Positions 24,853 through 38,559 of a stretch of 64,000 bases of DNA are shown here, piece by piece. The notes under the pieces were generated by a model. It saw only the letters and a list, made by a program, of their open reading frames with translations. It ran no database searches and was not told the origin of the DNA. Source of the stretch: Octopus bimaculoides (Eukaryota); NCBI RefSeq assembly GCF_001194135.2, contig NC_068982.1, positions 37,210,466 through 37,274,465 of the forward strand. Direction: 5' to 3'. A program made the position numbers and the translations under genes. Positions within the stretch are counted from its first letter, which is position 1. The number at the start of each line of letters is the position of its first letter.

Positions 24853-25206
24853 CTTAAAAGTCCACATGGAGTGCAACTTTTAAGCTTGTATACAATAACT
24901 ATCAAGTGTAATTCTCTTGCCCCCTCTCACTCTCTATCTATATCTGTCTATCTTTCCTCCCCTCTCCCACCATTCCTAGGTAAATTTCACTCTTAAGAAT
25001 TGTGTTAGTACCAATTATTGCACTTCATACCGCACTACTATTTAGTGTAATATTGGTTTTGTTCTAAAACAAAATGCTAAACAGTAGGTTTTATGCCGCG
25101 CTTCAATTTAATTTTTCTCCTTGTTCTTGTTTTTTGTCATTTTTATTGCAATAAATTTTTATAACCAATACTACTAATAATTAATTTATTTCCTTTCTTT
25201 TTCCAG

Positions 25207-25361
25207 ATATTACAAGATGAAGTCAATCAAAAGAAGCCATCATTAGAAAATCTTAGACAATTAGTTAACAAGTTACTAGAAGAATATAGTACAGAAGATA
25301 CAAGACATTTACAGGATCTGCTAGAAAAGTTACTAAAGCGTTGGTCAAACTTAACAACAAA
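25207..25361 (+). CDS. DMD: Dystrophin exon equivalent to human exon 54 (155 nt, phase 0 to 2): ILQDEVNQKKPSLENLRQLVNKLLEEYSTEDTRHLQDLLEKLLKRWSNLTT
   Basis: tttctttttccag|ATA ... AA|gtaagt. KLLEEYSTEDTR matches utrophin KLLEEYGSDDTR and dystrophin KLLRDYSADDTR; same length as human exon 54. Missed by the ORF track. Confidence 0.96.
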
Positions 25362-25624
25362 GTAAGTACAAACTTAATTTTGTTATTGTTGTGGTTGTTT
25401 AGTGCTTACATACTAACCTTATATTTGAATAATGGAGAACATTTTCAGTGATGTCATTTATTAAGTGAAGATTATAAACAAAATGAAATTCATACCAATG
25501 TAAATTTTGCATTAGGTTATATGTCTCAGTCAGGTGTTTTGAAAAGAAATAAGGGGACATTTACTTTTCTTTGTTAGTCTGAAAAAGAGGAAAATCGTTT
25601 TATATCATCATCATNNNNNNNNNN

Positions 25625-26040
25625 ATATTCTTTAATTCTTTTACTTGTTTCAGTCATTTGACTGTGGCCATGCTAAAGCACTGCCTTTTATTGAACAAAT
25701 CGACATCAGGACTTACTTTTGTAAGCCTAGTACTTATTCTATTGGTTTCTTTTGCCGAACCACTAAGTTACAGGGACATAAACACACCAACATCAGTTGT
25801 CAAGCAATGTTGGTGGGGGGAAGAAACACAGACACACAAATATGTATGTGTGCATATATATATATATATATATGATGGGATTCTTTCAGTTTCCGTCTAC
25901 CAAATCCACTCACAAAGCTTTGGATGGCCCATGGCTGTAATAGAAGACACCTTCCCAAGGTGCCACACAATAGGACTGAACCCAGAACCATGTGGTTGGG
26001 AAACAAGCTTCTTACCACACAGCCACTCTTGCACCGATGA
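25625..26040 (-). mobile_element. Two adjacent SINE copies, one from each family, separated by (TA)n
   Basis: Reverse complements of the SINE blocks seen at 2.1/10.2 kb and 6.5 kb. Confidence 0.6.
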
Positions 26041-27814
26041 AGCCACTCCTGCACCTAAATATATATATATATATATANNNNNNNNNNNNNNNNNNNNNNN
26101 NNNNNNNNNNNNNNNATATATAATATACACATGTATGTAAACATACACAAACTAGATGATAAAAATAACTGATTACAGTTATTGTAGTTGATTATTGCAT
26201 GTGTGATGTATTGTAAAATTAAGAAGAAAGTGGTAGTATTATAATAGGAAAAGAAAAGATATGAAATGAAAAGCAATCTAGTATTTGAATTGTTGGTAAA
26301 TGTGAATGTCCCTATTAAGTGTAGGCTTTTTGTTTATATAGTCTAGATTATATGACTTGTGAGTAGTGGTATACTATATCAGATTATTGAACCAGTACTT
26401 CAATTTAAAGTATATTTTTTATTGTAATTGCTTAGTTGCTCTTCAAGACTGTATATAAGTTTCTTTTAATCAGTAGAACAAAACTTAAGTTTTCTGATCC
26501 TTAATAACTACAGAATATTTTTTAAATGTTATTTTTCCCATAGCATGTATAAGTTTGAAAGAAGATGGTGCAATATTGCTTGAATGGAAGAAAGTGTTCA
26601 GGAGTAGAGTTACTCTTTTGATACCAACTGGACTCTCTCTCTCTCTCTTCTATGATACAAAGCTATTTGTTTTAAAGTGTTCCATCATAATTTTATGTTA
26701 TAAACTTTATGTTATGTTCTAAATATGCATTAATATTTATTTTACTAAGTCTTACCAAGTTCTTCATTATTTAGAAAACTTAAACCATATGAACCATGTA
26801 TTCCATTAAAAATATGATCATGAAAGTATTAAAGAGAATTTGTGCTTTAGAAATCTGATTGTGCATTGAAGAAATTTCCTATCTTGATTGCTTGCAAGTG
26901 AAAAAATTTGAAAGTAGTTTCTCAAATCAGAGTCAAAACTTTGTCATTTTTCTTTACTTTCATAAGTTTGCCTACTTTGCACGTTACTTTATAACATATG
27001 TTATTGTTATTTATATCTATCCCTTATAATTGAAAACTTAATTTCATTCATAAATGCTAATTTTCCTTTAATTTGACTTTGCTTCAAAAAGGAATTTATT
27101 TCCAATAACTATACAAATGCATCTTTTCCTTCAAAAGTAAATATATTTATAGAAAAATGCAAGTATTAATTCTTAACATCAGTCATTGAAATTATTGTAT
27201 CTAATAATAAAAATCATATTAGTCCTCAAGACTTCATTTTACCACCTCACAAACTAAATTAATTCAATTTTCCTTATATAAATGAAAGTCCTGTCTTCCT
27301 CTTTTAGCATAATTTCAAGAACTATTTATTTTAATCTTTACATCAAATTTTATTGAAATACAGAGAAATTTTTAAAAGATACCGAGAAAGTGTTTATAAC
27401 ATATTTTTCTTCACACATCATAGTTCTCCAACTGATCCTTGTGAATCACTATGCTACTATAGTTTAATTAAAAACACTTCAATCAACTTTCATTAATGTT
27501 AATGGATATAGATTTCTAGAAATAGTAGCATTTTAGTATGAACCATTGCTGTAAATGGCCAGTTTGATATAATTATGTTTCTCTTTGGTGAAATACATAA
27601 TAAATTGCTGAGATCTAACATAGAATTTATGTGCTTGGAAATATAAAAATTATTTCTTTTATAGGAAATTAACAAGATCTTTTACCAAAGCCAATTTAGA
27701 AATCCTGCTGGAAATAGCAGAGCAAACTTAACAAATGTGAAAAGCATAACTATAGAGTTAGATACTTCTAGGACATGAAAAATTCTACTGATCAAAAGAA
27801 ATGACCAGTTGTAT

Positions 27815-27985
27815 CATCATCATCATCATCATCATCGTTTAACGTTCGCTTTCCATGCTAGCATGGGTTGGACGATTTGACTGAGGACTGGTGAAACCGG
27901 ATGGCAACACCAGGCTCCAATCTAAATTTGGCAGAGTTTCTACAGCTGGATGCCCTTCCTAACGCCAACCACTCAGAGAGTGTAT
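27815..27985 (-). mobile_element. RTE 3' tail fragment with (CAT)n
   Basis: Close match to 20430-20610 (catcgtttaacg..ccatgctagcatgggttgg..ctggatgccc). Confidence 0.65.
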
Positions 27986-28679
27986 AACTTCAGATATTAA
28001 ATTAAAGCAAAAAATATTTCAAAGTTAGGATGTATTTTTACTCAAGTATGAAGTTAAATATTTTACACCTTCTGCTATGTCAACAGCTGTAGAAAGTAAT
28101 ATCATTTGCTATATATAATCATTGTCATATTAATAATTATCATATAAATGTCAGTTGATCATAAATATATTTATAAGAAAAGAAATTTAGATTTATTTTG
28201 AATTGATTTTGCTAATGTTGAACAGCACTTGTTTTCTGAACTGGAAAGACTTATGAATATGTAATTTCTAGATGTAGCTTAAAAAAAATAACATCATCAA
28301 TTCATATATTCATCATATATTTGCCATATCAATCATATCTTCAATTTCTATATAAATACTATCATGAAATTCAAGGCAAAGTCAACCTGAGATATTTTAT
28401 GCATATAAAATAAAATAAGCCTGTTAACTATCATGAAAGTTGTTAAATACTGTCTGAATATACAAAGCCTCATAATCAATAAGTAGATAAAGTAAGAGAA
28501 TGTTAACTTCTGGCTTGGATTCATCTTGTCTTTACTTAACTTGTAGCCTTGCATTGAAAATAGCTCAAAATAAGTTTTAAATCTGTTTTAAAACACATTT
28601 GATTAGTCAAACATTCTTTGAAAACATTCTTTTTCAATTAAACCTATTAAATCTTGCATTCGTTTAACTTAGCCATTAT

Positions 28680-29962
28680 ATATCAGGTCATTAAGAATGA
28701 AATGTCTGATTCTGAACTGAAAGTTTATTTTACTTTATCTCAACAAAAGGCAATGCAGTTAATCAAAGTATGCACCTAAATTATCAATACAATTTTGCCA
28801 TTTTATCGGTAGCTTATTCATGCCGGCAGCAAAGAATTCTGGAGAGCAAGAGGTGATGAAATCATGAAAGGCTGTTTTTGCATCTTCAGATTTGAAGTTC
28901 TTTCTCTACAAAAAGTTGTCTAATGCCTGGAAAATATGATCATCAGTTGGTGAAAGGTCTGGTGAATATGGTGAATGACAGAGTACTTGTTCAGTTCCTG
29001 TAACTTGAATAGTGTTCTTTGTGCAACATGTGGTCAAACATTGTTTTGCAAAAGAATTGGCCTGTCTCTATTGGCCAATCTCAGTTGTTTAATTGCAATT
29101 TCACTCATCATTTCATCCAGTTGGTTGATGTATACATCTGCTGTAATTGACATACCGGGTCTCATGAAGCTATAGTGGATGACACCAGTGTTGGTCCACC
29201 GAACAGACACCATTAGCTTTTTTTGGTGAATATTCTGTTTTTGGATTGTGTTTTAGCACTTCGTCTCTATCCAGCCATTGTGCAGAATGCTTGCTATTGT
29301 TGAAAAGAATCCATTTTTCATCACACATAACAATACGATGCAAAAAGGGTTTGCTTTTATGCTGTGACAGCAAAGATCAGCAAGTTTCAAGACGATGTGT
29401 CATTTGATGCTCATTCATTTTATGTGGTACCCACTTGTCCAGCTTCTTTACCTTGCCAATTTGTTTCATGTGGTCCAATACAGTTGGAATCGAATCATCA
29501 AACCTTGCTGCTAACTCACATGTAGTTTGAGATGTATTCACTTCCACTACAATTTCCAGCGTATCCTTATCCACCTTGGTCTCAGGTCTACCATGGGGCT
29601 GATTTTCAAGAGTAAAATCACCAGACTGGAACTTCACAAACCAGCGACATTCAGCACACTCATTCGCCACATCTTCATCAAACACTTCATTGATGTTTCA
29701 AGCTGTCTGAGGTGCATTGGTTCTATGATGGAACTCATATTCATAAGCAACACAAATTTTTGATCTATCCATGGGTTCACAAAAATTGATTGACTAGAAA
29801 AAACTCACAATACAATCAGACACCATGAATTACATTTCGAAAAGTGATGATGTAACTCTTCAATGTTGTAAAACAAAGAATCGTCTGGATAAAACATTAG
29901 AGTTAATGACTGTCAAACTGTGCATAAGAAAATTAGACATTTCATTCTTAATGACCTAATAT
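28680..29962 (-). mobile_element. Near full-length, inactive Tc1/mariner (Mos1/Hsmar1-like) transposon
   Basis: About 28-bp TIRs (atatcaggtcattaagaatgaaatgtct / agacatttcattcttaatgacctaatat). Transposase motifs GRPETK, KWVPH, IVMCDEKW, YSPDLSPTD; stops and frameshifts present. Confidence 0.92.
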
Positions 29963-31059
29963 TTCATAATATAATCCACTTCTTGTAAACTGTGAGGGTG
30001 GGGACCCAAAAATCAAGCTTTTTGTTTGATGAATTTCATATTTGTTGAATTTGTTATTTTAACCTCTGAAATATATGTTTTTATTGAGAATTTTACTCTT
30101 TAAAGAAATTCTTGTTTATTTCCAATTATACTTGATTGGTTATTATCAATTTAAGACATCTAAAATATTTATCTGAGTATGCTTGATTGTGTTACTTCTA
30201 ACCAAAAAGTCACCCTGAACAATCATATATAATTTTCGACTCTCAAATCATTCACCAAAAAAGCTGCTCCCATGAAGGAACTTTCAGATTTGATACTGAA
30301 TTGTGTTATAATAATTCATTAATAATCCTTCTTGTTGAATGACATTTCTGAAAAGTCAGCTATTTGCTATTAAAGTGTATCAGATAATTTGGAACAATCA
30401 TTAAAATTTACTTTTATCATAAGAACATTTCTTGATAGTTTGAAATCAACAATTCTGATGCTGTCTCACCCACCATAGCTGACTCTTGACTGTTGTCACT
30501 CTCTGATTCTATTATTTTACTGCTATATAAAGACTTGAATAATTGGTTACAATTTTAGAATGTATGACTGTCATTAAAATATTCTTATATACTCCAATGT
30601 GACAAGATTGATGACATTATATGCGCAAGTGTGTTTTTCTTTTAAAATTTTTAGCATTGCATCAGGTGGGAAAATTTTATGAGGACATTTAATGAATTTG
30701 TGTAGTGACAAGCTATTAAATGAAATGTAAAAATGCAAGGTTGAATCCATGTGCTATAGTGTTTTAATATTATTGATCTTTTACATTAGTGCATCCTGCC
30801 TTTCAAGACATGAGATTCCAAAATGGAACTAAAAAAAAAAATTCAGTTTTAGCTTCAAACCAGTTAGCTGAGTGTTTATATGGCTTTATTGTTGGCTGGT
30901 TTCCTGTTGATTGAATTACTAGTTTTCAGTCACTGACCAGGGAACTGTTTTTCTATGTCATGAATGGAATTTTCATTTATCTGGTTTATTTATTTTTCAA
31001 CATGTGAATATATCCATTACCACCTCAAACATCATCGTCACTATATCCTCCTCCCCCGC

Positions 31060-31125
31060 TTCGTCATCATCATCATCATCATCATCATCAATGTTATCAT
31101 CATTTTATTATCATTATTATTATTA
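31060..31125. repeat. (CAT)n/(ATT)n microsatellite; a further (ATT)n-(AGT)n array lies at about 31580-31662
   Basis: Read directly from the sequence. Confidence 0.9.
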
Positions 31126-31619
31126 AGGTGGTGACTAAAAAATTGTGACTTTTCTTCTAGTTTTACATTCGAGGTTCAAATTCTGCCAAGGTTGACTTTG
31201 CCTTTCGTCTTTTCGGATCAATAAAATAAATAGTAGTTAAGCACTGGAGTTGATGTAATCAACTAGCCTTCTCTCCAAAACATTTCGAGCCTTGTACCTA
31301 TAGTAGAAAGTATTATTATTGTTGTTGTTGTTGTTTTAACTCAGGTTTTGTTGGAACTCCTGAAGTTTTGCATGCATAGCGGGCTTGCTGTCTGCAGCCT
31401 ACAGTACCATGCAGCCTGTTCTTTTCAGCTATCTAATACTTTCCTGATTATTCTGGCCATGCCAAGGCAGCAAACCTTTTGTAACAGTTCTACTTGGCAC
31501 TCTATTCTGATTTCCTTTATATTCCTCTTGATGCCATCTGATACTGTCCCCAAGAACCCAATAATAATTGGCTCTATCACTATCATTATTATTATTATTG
31601 TTGTTATTATTATTACTAT

Positions 31620-31663
<44 letters not shown>

Positions 31664-32105
31664 CATGAGCTGGTAAAATTATTTGCAAGCCAGGCAAAAT
31701 GTCTAATGGTATTTCTTCTGGTTTTACATTGAGTACAAATTCTACTGAAGTTGACTTTGCTTTCATGATTTTGGGGTTGATGAAATAACTACTGGTTGAT
31801 AACTGGGGTTGGTGCATCAATTAGACCCCTCTCTCCAAATTTCAGACCTTGTGATCATATTAAAAAGATTATTATCATTAGTAGTTGTGTGTGTTGTGGT
31901 GATAGTAGTAGAGCTGTGGGCTGGCAGAATTGTTAGATTGTTGGACAAAATGCATTGTGGCTCTTTACATTCTGAGATCAAATCCTGCTCAGACCATCTT
32001 TGCCTTTCATTCTTTCAAGGTCGACAAAATAAAATACCAGTCAAATACTAGTGTTGATGGCATCAGCTAAACTCCTTCCCCTAAAATTGCTGGCCCTTTT
32101 ATTTT
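31125..32105 (+). mobile_element. Three head-to-tail SINE copies (about 31125-31320, 31660-31880, 31910-32105) separated by trinucleotide microsatellites
   Basis: Each has the caaattctg..gactttgc..ataaaata..gatgtaatc/gatggcatc blocks. Confidence 0.6.
31336..31572 (-). mobile_element. 3' end of an R4/Dong-like non-LTR element (restriction-like endonuclease C-terminus)
   Basis: PIIIGFLGTVSDGIKRNIKEIRIECQVELLQKVCCLGMARIIRKVLDS* resembles the R4/Dong C-terminal pattern; embedded in (TAA)n/(TTG)n repeats. Confidence 0.65.
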
Positions 32106-34411
32106 TATTCCATGATGTCAATGATTATATTACAGGAATCTCAATTCATCTCAATCCTTCAACTTTTGTATTTGTGAGGCCTAATTTTCTTAAATTTGAT
32201 CTTGCTTCCAGATTATACTTGTTACTCTTCTATGAGTATCATATATTGCAAAAGTAAAGGAATCACCACCTGTGCATACATCTATTAATCTTTATTTCAA
32301 ATCAGTTGTTTTTTTATTTTTATTTATTTATTTTTTTTTTTTTTTCATTATTGTAACATATCTAACAGATCCTCAAAAATCACTTCAGATTTTGCACCTT
32401 TACTACCATGCAATACTTCTTATTCATGGCTCATAGACATATTAGCTTTCAATTGATACAGAAAGCCTTACACCACAAATAAATTGATAAATATGAGAAT
32501 GCAATATTGCGGTAAAAGAATTTTGTTATTAAATAAGATAAATTTTATAATTGGCTGAACAGGATTCAGTTCTCCTCAGTTTCTTCAGATCAAGTATTAT
32601 TGATGTCATAAATGCCAACATACTGGTATTGGTGTATGATAATAAACTAGAAGGAATCATTGTAGAATGTATTATACAGCAAATAATCTATATAGTTTTA
32701 GTGTATCATAATTTTTTTTACTTAAGCCCATATATGACTTCTCTTTAACTTTAAAGTATAACTCTAAAATTACTTTACCATGATTATGTAGGATTTAGCC
32801 CTTTTGTACCAATTTGTTCAAGACCAGCATTGACACCAAATGCTGCCAGAAATCATACAAATTTTAGTGTTCATATTTAAATTAAATCCCAAATTTTGAG
32901 AATTTACTAGATCAAACTTTAAACATTGTTTATTATCATTAAATAAAAAAAAAAGTTATCTTTCCAAACCTTCCCTCTAGTTCTTGATTATCCTGAAAAT
33001 TACACAGGCTGTGTAATCATGTTCAAAATTTAAATTGTTTCATACATACATAATGCTTCTCTGCAAACTATGTTAGTTAACTGTTTTCTAAATCCTTCCA
33101 GTCATGTAAGCCCTAGTCACTGGCAGCTGTAATTATGCCACCTAAATAGCAAAAATTATAGTCACCTCACTTAAGTTTTATTGATAAACCTTCTTATGCT
33201 GCTATATTTTTGGTTTTCTGTCATTCTTCCAATGTTCCACTATATTTTGTGCATTCAATGTTAACTGCATAAGATCATATTTCTGCCAAATCCTTTTCTG
33301 TACAACAAATGAAGGTACGCTCTGATGCTTGTACTCTTGCTACTCTTACAAAAGAGTTGTGTAGTGAATTTTGCTATATATAGATACGATTTTCCTTTAT
33401 CGACTAAAAAATAGTAAAAATTCATCTCAATATTGGTGAAGTCAATCTGTGGAACCTTCTCTCTTAAACTATACCTATGAGAAATTAAGCTCATTTCCCA
33501 CATTATCAAAATCTTCCCAATTTGAGAGAGCACCTACTACATACAGTAGTGAACTGTGGTACATGTTTACAATTAGATGGAATTAGCCATGAGTTAAATA
33601 TTCTTTGCCTTGAATTCACTTCACTGCTATCTACAAAATACAAACCGTTGGCCATTTCTGCTGGTAGTCTTACACCTTGCTGACTTAGCAGCTGCAATAC
33701 TAGTCTTATCTTAAAACCTTAATGAAACCAAGAAAAAGGGGGTAGGTTTTTATTTTTGAAGAGGATACTTACAAGGCATTTTGTAACAAGTAATATCTTC
33801 CTTCCAAGTAGAATTAATTGCAAAATTTTCTTATACTTTTTAAAAACTATGTTTCATAAATAAAATACAAAAACAAAAACAAAAAAAAGAAATTATGTCA
33901 TAACAATGAACTATCCTTTCTACACACTCTTCATATTGCATCTGGTTGCTGATCAATAATCCAGTTTATGAACCATTATTCATGCTTTTTAACTATTTCT
34001 TATCTGCTCTAATTACTCCTGTATTCTTTATTGACTACTTTGGCTTTCTGGGTTCCCATTCCACTACAGAAATACTATTCATTTCATTATCAAAAGAAAT
34101 CAATATTTTGTAGGAGTTTTATTTCTGTTATTTCATTTTTAAACTTTATCTTCTTAAAATTATTAATAACATCTTTAAAAGTATAATGTCTGCATGAATG
34201 TGTGTGTTAAGATGACATTTGTTAAAGGGTTAATTTTCTTGTATGGTTATATGTGTATTAAAATGTGTTGTAAGATGATAGGTTAATTTTCTTTTATTTG
34301 TGATTTAGGTTTTTCAATGACATTTGTTTAATTTAGTTTCACTCTAATATTATGATTATTGTAACATTTTCTGGGCTTCTTTGTTGCTTGCCACATTATC
34401 TCTATTTGATA

Positions 34412-35219
34412 TACAAGGATCGGCTGAAAAAGTACACAAGCTAATCAAGAGGCTCTCATTGAATGTAATAAATGAGGTTTATTTTCATCATAGTCCCCCT
34501 TGCACCCCACACACTTCTTCCATTGGTATAAAGTTTCATCCTGTTGATCAAAAAAGTCATCAACTTAAGATATAATGTCCTCACTGCAATACTGGTTCCC
34601 AGCTAAGTGGGGAGGAGGGGTTCATGTTGGGGAACAGATGATAGTCAGATGAGGCCAAATCAAGGGAATAGTGAGGGTGATCAACCAGTTCAAAGCCAGT
34701 CATGCACAGCAGCCATTCAAACTTTTGTCATGCCAAATTCATTGTACAGAATATTCTCAACTCTCTCACAGGGTATGCTGATAGCATTGGTTATTTGATT
34801 TATTGTCAATCGCCTGTCATCCATCATCATGTGGTGAACATGATCAATGTTTTCCTTAGTGGCAGTCCAGACTTTGGGTCATCTTCAAAACTTTCCCTTC
34901 CAGCTGCCCACTTTTGCACTGTTGATAAAGCTAGAGTGTCATCCCCCTAATGTAGCAACCATGTCAGTATGAATATCCTTGGGTACTAAACCCTTTTTCT
35001 GCAGGTACTTGATAACACCACAATGCCAAGTTTTGTCCATTTTCAAGAGAAGTCACTACAAGTTACTTTTGAAGTCTTCTTTGAACAGTGAGATGTCAGC
35101 TTACCTGGGAATAAACAATGCAGTTAATAAGAAGAATTGAAATTAATGCATCAAAGATTTTGCGACTCTAGCATCACTCCTTCATAGTCAGCCTATGAAC
35201 TTTTCAGGCCACCTTTGTA
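34412..35219 (-). mobile_element. Internally deleted mariner of a second family
   Basis: Diverged TIRs with TA ends. ATG at 35040 reads MDKTWHCGVIKYLQKKGLVPKDIHTDMVATLG..STVQKWAA..EDDPKSG (HTH region). Confidence 0.78.
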
Positions 35220-37313
35220 GGCAATAGATAAAAGGTACATACTGATACATCTTCATAGGTTTATACATTAAAAACCTTGCAAATAGTTTTCATTTAACAC
35301 ATTGCTTCAAGGTTTCAATCAATTTAGTGGTGGTCCTTTGAACATTTCTACCAGTGTAAATCAAATATTATATGTTCTCAAATTATGCTACCATATTTCA
35401 AGTGAGGTCTCACTCTGGTTTTGAACAGTATAGAGAAAGTTCTGTGGTTGACATCCAAATCTATTTTTTTCTTTTTCTTCAGTGTGTTGATAGACCTAAG
35501 AATTTTTATAATACAAATATCTTTACTTTTTCAACAGTTTCAAGGATATAGTCTTTCATTTGATGAGAATGTTTCAGTTTGCCTAAACTTATTTAAATAA
35601 ATCAAGCATTCTACTATTAAAGTTTTGTTAGAAATCTCTGGTGAAGGTCTGAATCAAAATGCTATGATAGTATGAATCATATGAGTGATCTGTATCAAGT
35701 ATTTCAGTCTAGAGCTCTGTAGAGGTAAGAAAATTTGCCTTGTGTGATGCAGCACCATGTTGTTCCATTACAAACAGATTGTTGGTGACATATCACTAAC
35801 AATCACATCTGTGTTGAGAGATTCCGACACTTTACATAGCATACTTGTATATTTTCATGGATATGGACAATGGATATGACATTAGCATAAACATTTATGA
35901 CTTAGAGAATACTATTTAATTACACATTGTAAACTATTTTTAAATTCTCTCTGCAACCTATTAATACATACATAAATACATACAAGCTTAAAATGAAAAC
36001 TATCAAGCTTTGTTGTTGTGTATGCTTTGTTATCCTTTGGCATGGTTTTTATGACTAAATACTCTTCCTACAGCCAAACCATATTACTGTATGGACTAAG
36101 TGCATTTTGTTGTGAGACCAGCACTAGACAGGTTGTCTGCTAAAACTAGAGCATTTCCCCTCTTTCTATTAGTTTTTATTCAGATTTATTGCCTTATTAG
36201 ATGGGTTGCATTTGCTGCAGCTTGCAAATGGTTTTTATTGGTGGATTCCCTACCTACCACTAAGCTCTTTACAATAGGGACATGTTGTGGTTTGTCATGC
36301 TGCTGGAACTAGAGCGCTTGTCCACCAAGACTTAAAAACTCCCTGTGTTACCCTATATCAATTGTTATACCTTCTTGGACATCTCCATACAATTAGGAAA
36401 GAACACTTTTCATATACTTGTGGATTACTTTTGCTAAGGCTGAGAAACCATTATCTCTCTATGATATAGGGAAGAGATTTAGTTTGCAGGTTCAAGATGA
36501 TAATTAAAAGCAGCAGGGCATAAAATTTCCTCTCCATTCTGTATCAAATTTTTTCTTTCCATCGAGATAAATTATTTTTGCTTAGACTTGCAGAGTCTCT
36601 CCTCCAAGTGATTTTCTTATAATGTTCAATCAACTGTCACTGTGATTATCAAACCATGTCTCTATGTAGGGATTTGGTTTAACTATCATGAGCTCTCTAC
36701 GGTAGTCTATGACAGCTCAGAATAAAAGACTGTCTCTGCTGTGTAGGTAGACAGGGGTGCTTGAAGTGTTAGTCTGAGACACTTAGAAGTGTAGTTGCCA
36801 CCATGATATTGCTGAGCTCCAGGTCAACTCTAATTGAAAAATCTTATTTCTAGCTGGTCTTCGCTGCTATTTGTAACAGGTTGAGCATCACTTTAAGGCT
36901 ATCATTGACTTGTTTCCGTGATGTAGGTAGGAGTCATCATTTAGCTGCCAATGATGTTGTTAAGATCAGTGGAACTGGTAGTAATGCAGATATATAAGCC
37001 ACACAGTCACAAACTATAAATGTTGCAAATAATTGATAATTTTACATATACAGATATTTTCAGTTAGTTTATAATTTAACATATGCTATAATCATTAGTA
37101 AATAAACAAAGAATAATTAGGAAATCCCACCAAGGTACTTTAACTTTCATCTTTCTGCAGTTGATAAAATGTAGTATCAGTTAAGTACTAGGACCATTGT
37201 AATTGATTATACCTCTCTCACTAAGTTTATGATTTTATGGCAATGTTACAAATCAATAATTTATAACATTAATATGCATGTACCTACATATATCTATGAT
37301 ACTCTTAAAAAAA

Positions 37314-37373
37314 CACTTTGTTCTGTATAACCCTCCTCTCTATGAAGGGAGGGGGGTTATATGGAGCAAAGTG
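37314..37373 (+). repeat. 60-nt inverted repeat: 28-bp stem (23 Watson-Crick + 5 G:U pairs) with a 4-nt loop
   Basis: CACTTTGTTCTGTATAACCCTCCTCTCT-ATGA-AGGGAGGGGGGTTATATGGAGCAAAGTG, paired base by base. Confidence 0.9.
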
Positions 37374-37599
37374 ATGGCAAAAAGAGAACATAGGTATATA
37401 TAGTGGAGAGAGGTAGTACAGAGATAGAACAAAAGAATGCTATATGTAGGGTGTGTGTAATAACATACACAACATAAAATGAGTTATTTCACTCAAAAGT
37501 AGATTCATGTGGCAGCCAGAGAGAGAGAAGAAATAAGGAACGTTATACTTGAATCTACCTACTCCTTCCACAACAACCAACCTTATGAAGTTTGCAGGT

Positions 37600-37960
37600 G
37601 AATGTGACCTAGACATTATCATCACTAATCATCTGTGTTGGCTGAACCACATTTCTATTTTTCGTCAAAAAGACCAAAGATGCATTAATATCACTCAGTA
37701 AGACTTTTCACAGCCACTCATCAGTTATCTATTTGAAGCTGTATATGGTACATCTAAACTTAAAGTTTTCGTCTCCAGTTGGAACCACCTCCACCCCCTT
37801 GTCCGGAATATCAGTCTACTGGAAAACCAGTAGATGAGCAACCAGATGAATACAGTGTCAGTTGCTTACCATGTCTTAAAGAGTTGCTTCTCTAGAAAGC
37901 AACATACAAAAGCATCAACATGTAGCAGCTGAACTGATAGAAGCCTGCAAAACTTTGACA
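37600..37960 (+). mobile_element. Decayed CR1-like LINE C-terminal fragment
   Basis: Residual KLKFSSPVWN..ISLLE motif. Confidence 0.35.
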
Positions 37961-38559
37961 CCTTTTTTATCATCCATGGACATGCTTAGAAAATTTTAAA
38001 AAATAACACAGTATGCATGACTTTCAGAAACATTTTTTCTCATGCTCAGAATTGTTGAAGCCTAAAACAAAGTGCTTGTGTTGCGTTTTAGCTATTAGGA
38101 CACTGTATCTTTCAATAATTCTATGCTTCTCGAAATTTGCTAACACTATTCCTGACATGCCTATGCATGCCTTCTCTATGGTTCTTTTTATTGTTCACAT
38201 TGCTGTCATTTTTTTAATACTTTGTGCTATATTGCAAGGAGTAGATAGGAGCTACACAGTATACACAGTGAGAAATATGTACACTTGAGTGCATGGGATA
38301 CACAGCAGGTATACCGGGAGCACAGTTAGGCTGACAGTGAATGAAGAGACTTTGTATGTGGCATATGTACTGGGAGGGTTAGTAGATAGAGCAGTAATAA
38401 AAGAAATTCCTTTCAATTCTGGGAAAGTTCTATAAAAGTTATTGATAGCTTCTGTTACTCAGTTGTAGAAGTGAGGTGCTATGAAGACAGGAGTCAGAAT
38501 AAAAACAGAGTGGGGAAGTTCAGGAAACTAATACTTATTTTAGGTGCCAAGAGATTTTC

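Noticed and set aside
35708-35730. Strong donor AG|GTAAGA in the intron-54 equivalent
   Set aside because: No good acceptor, and upstream ATG frames stop before it; a single motif only.
36201-36263. Short ORF MGCICCSLQMVFIGGFPTYH* with a myristoylation/palmitoylation-like N-terminus
   Set aside because: No credible donor in phase 2, which the next exon requires; the available GTs (GTTTTT, GTGGAT) are weak and in the wrong phase.
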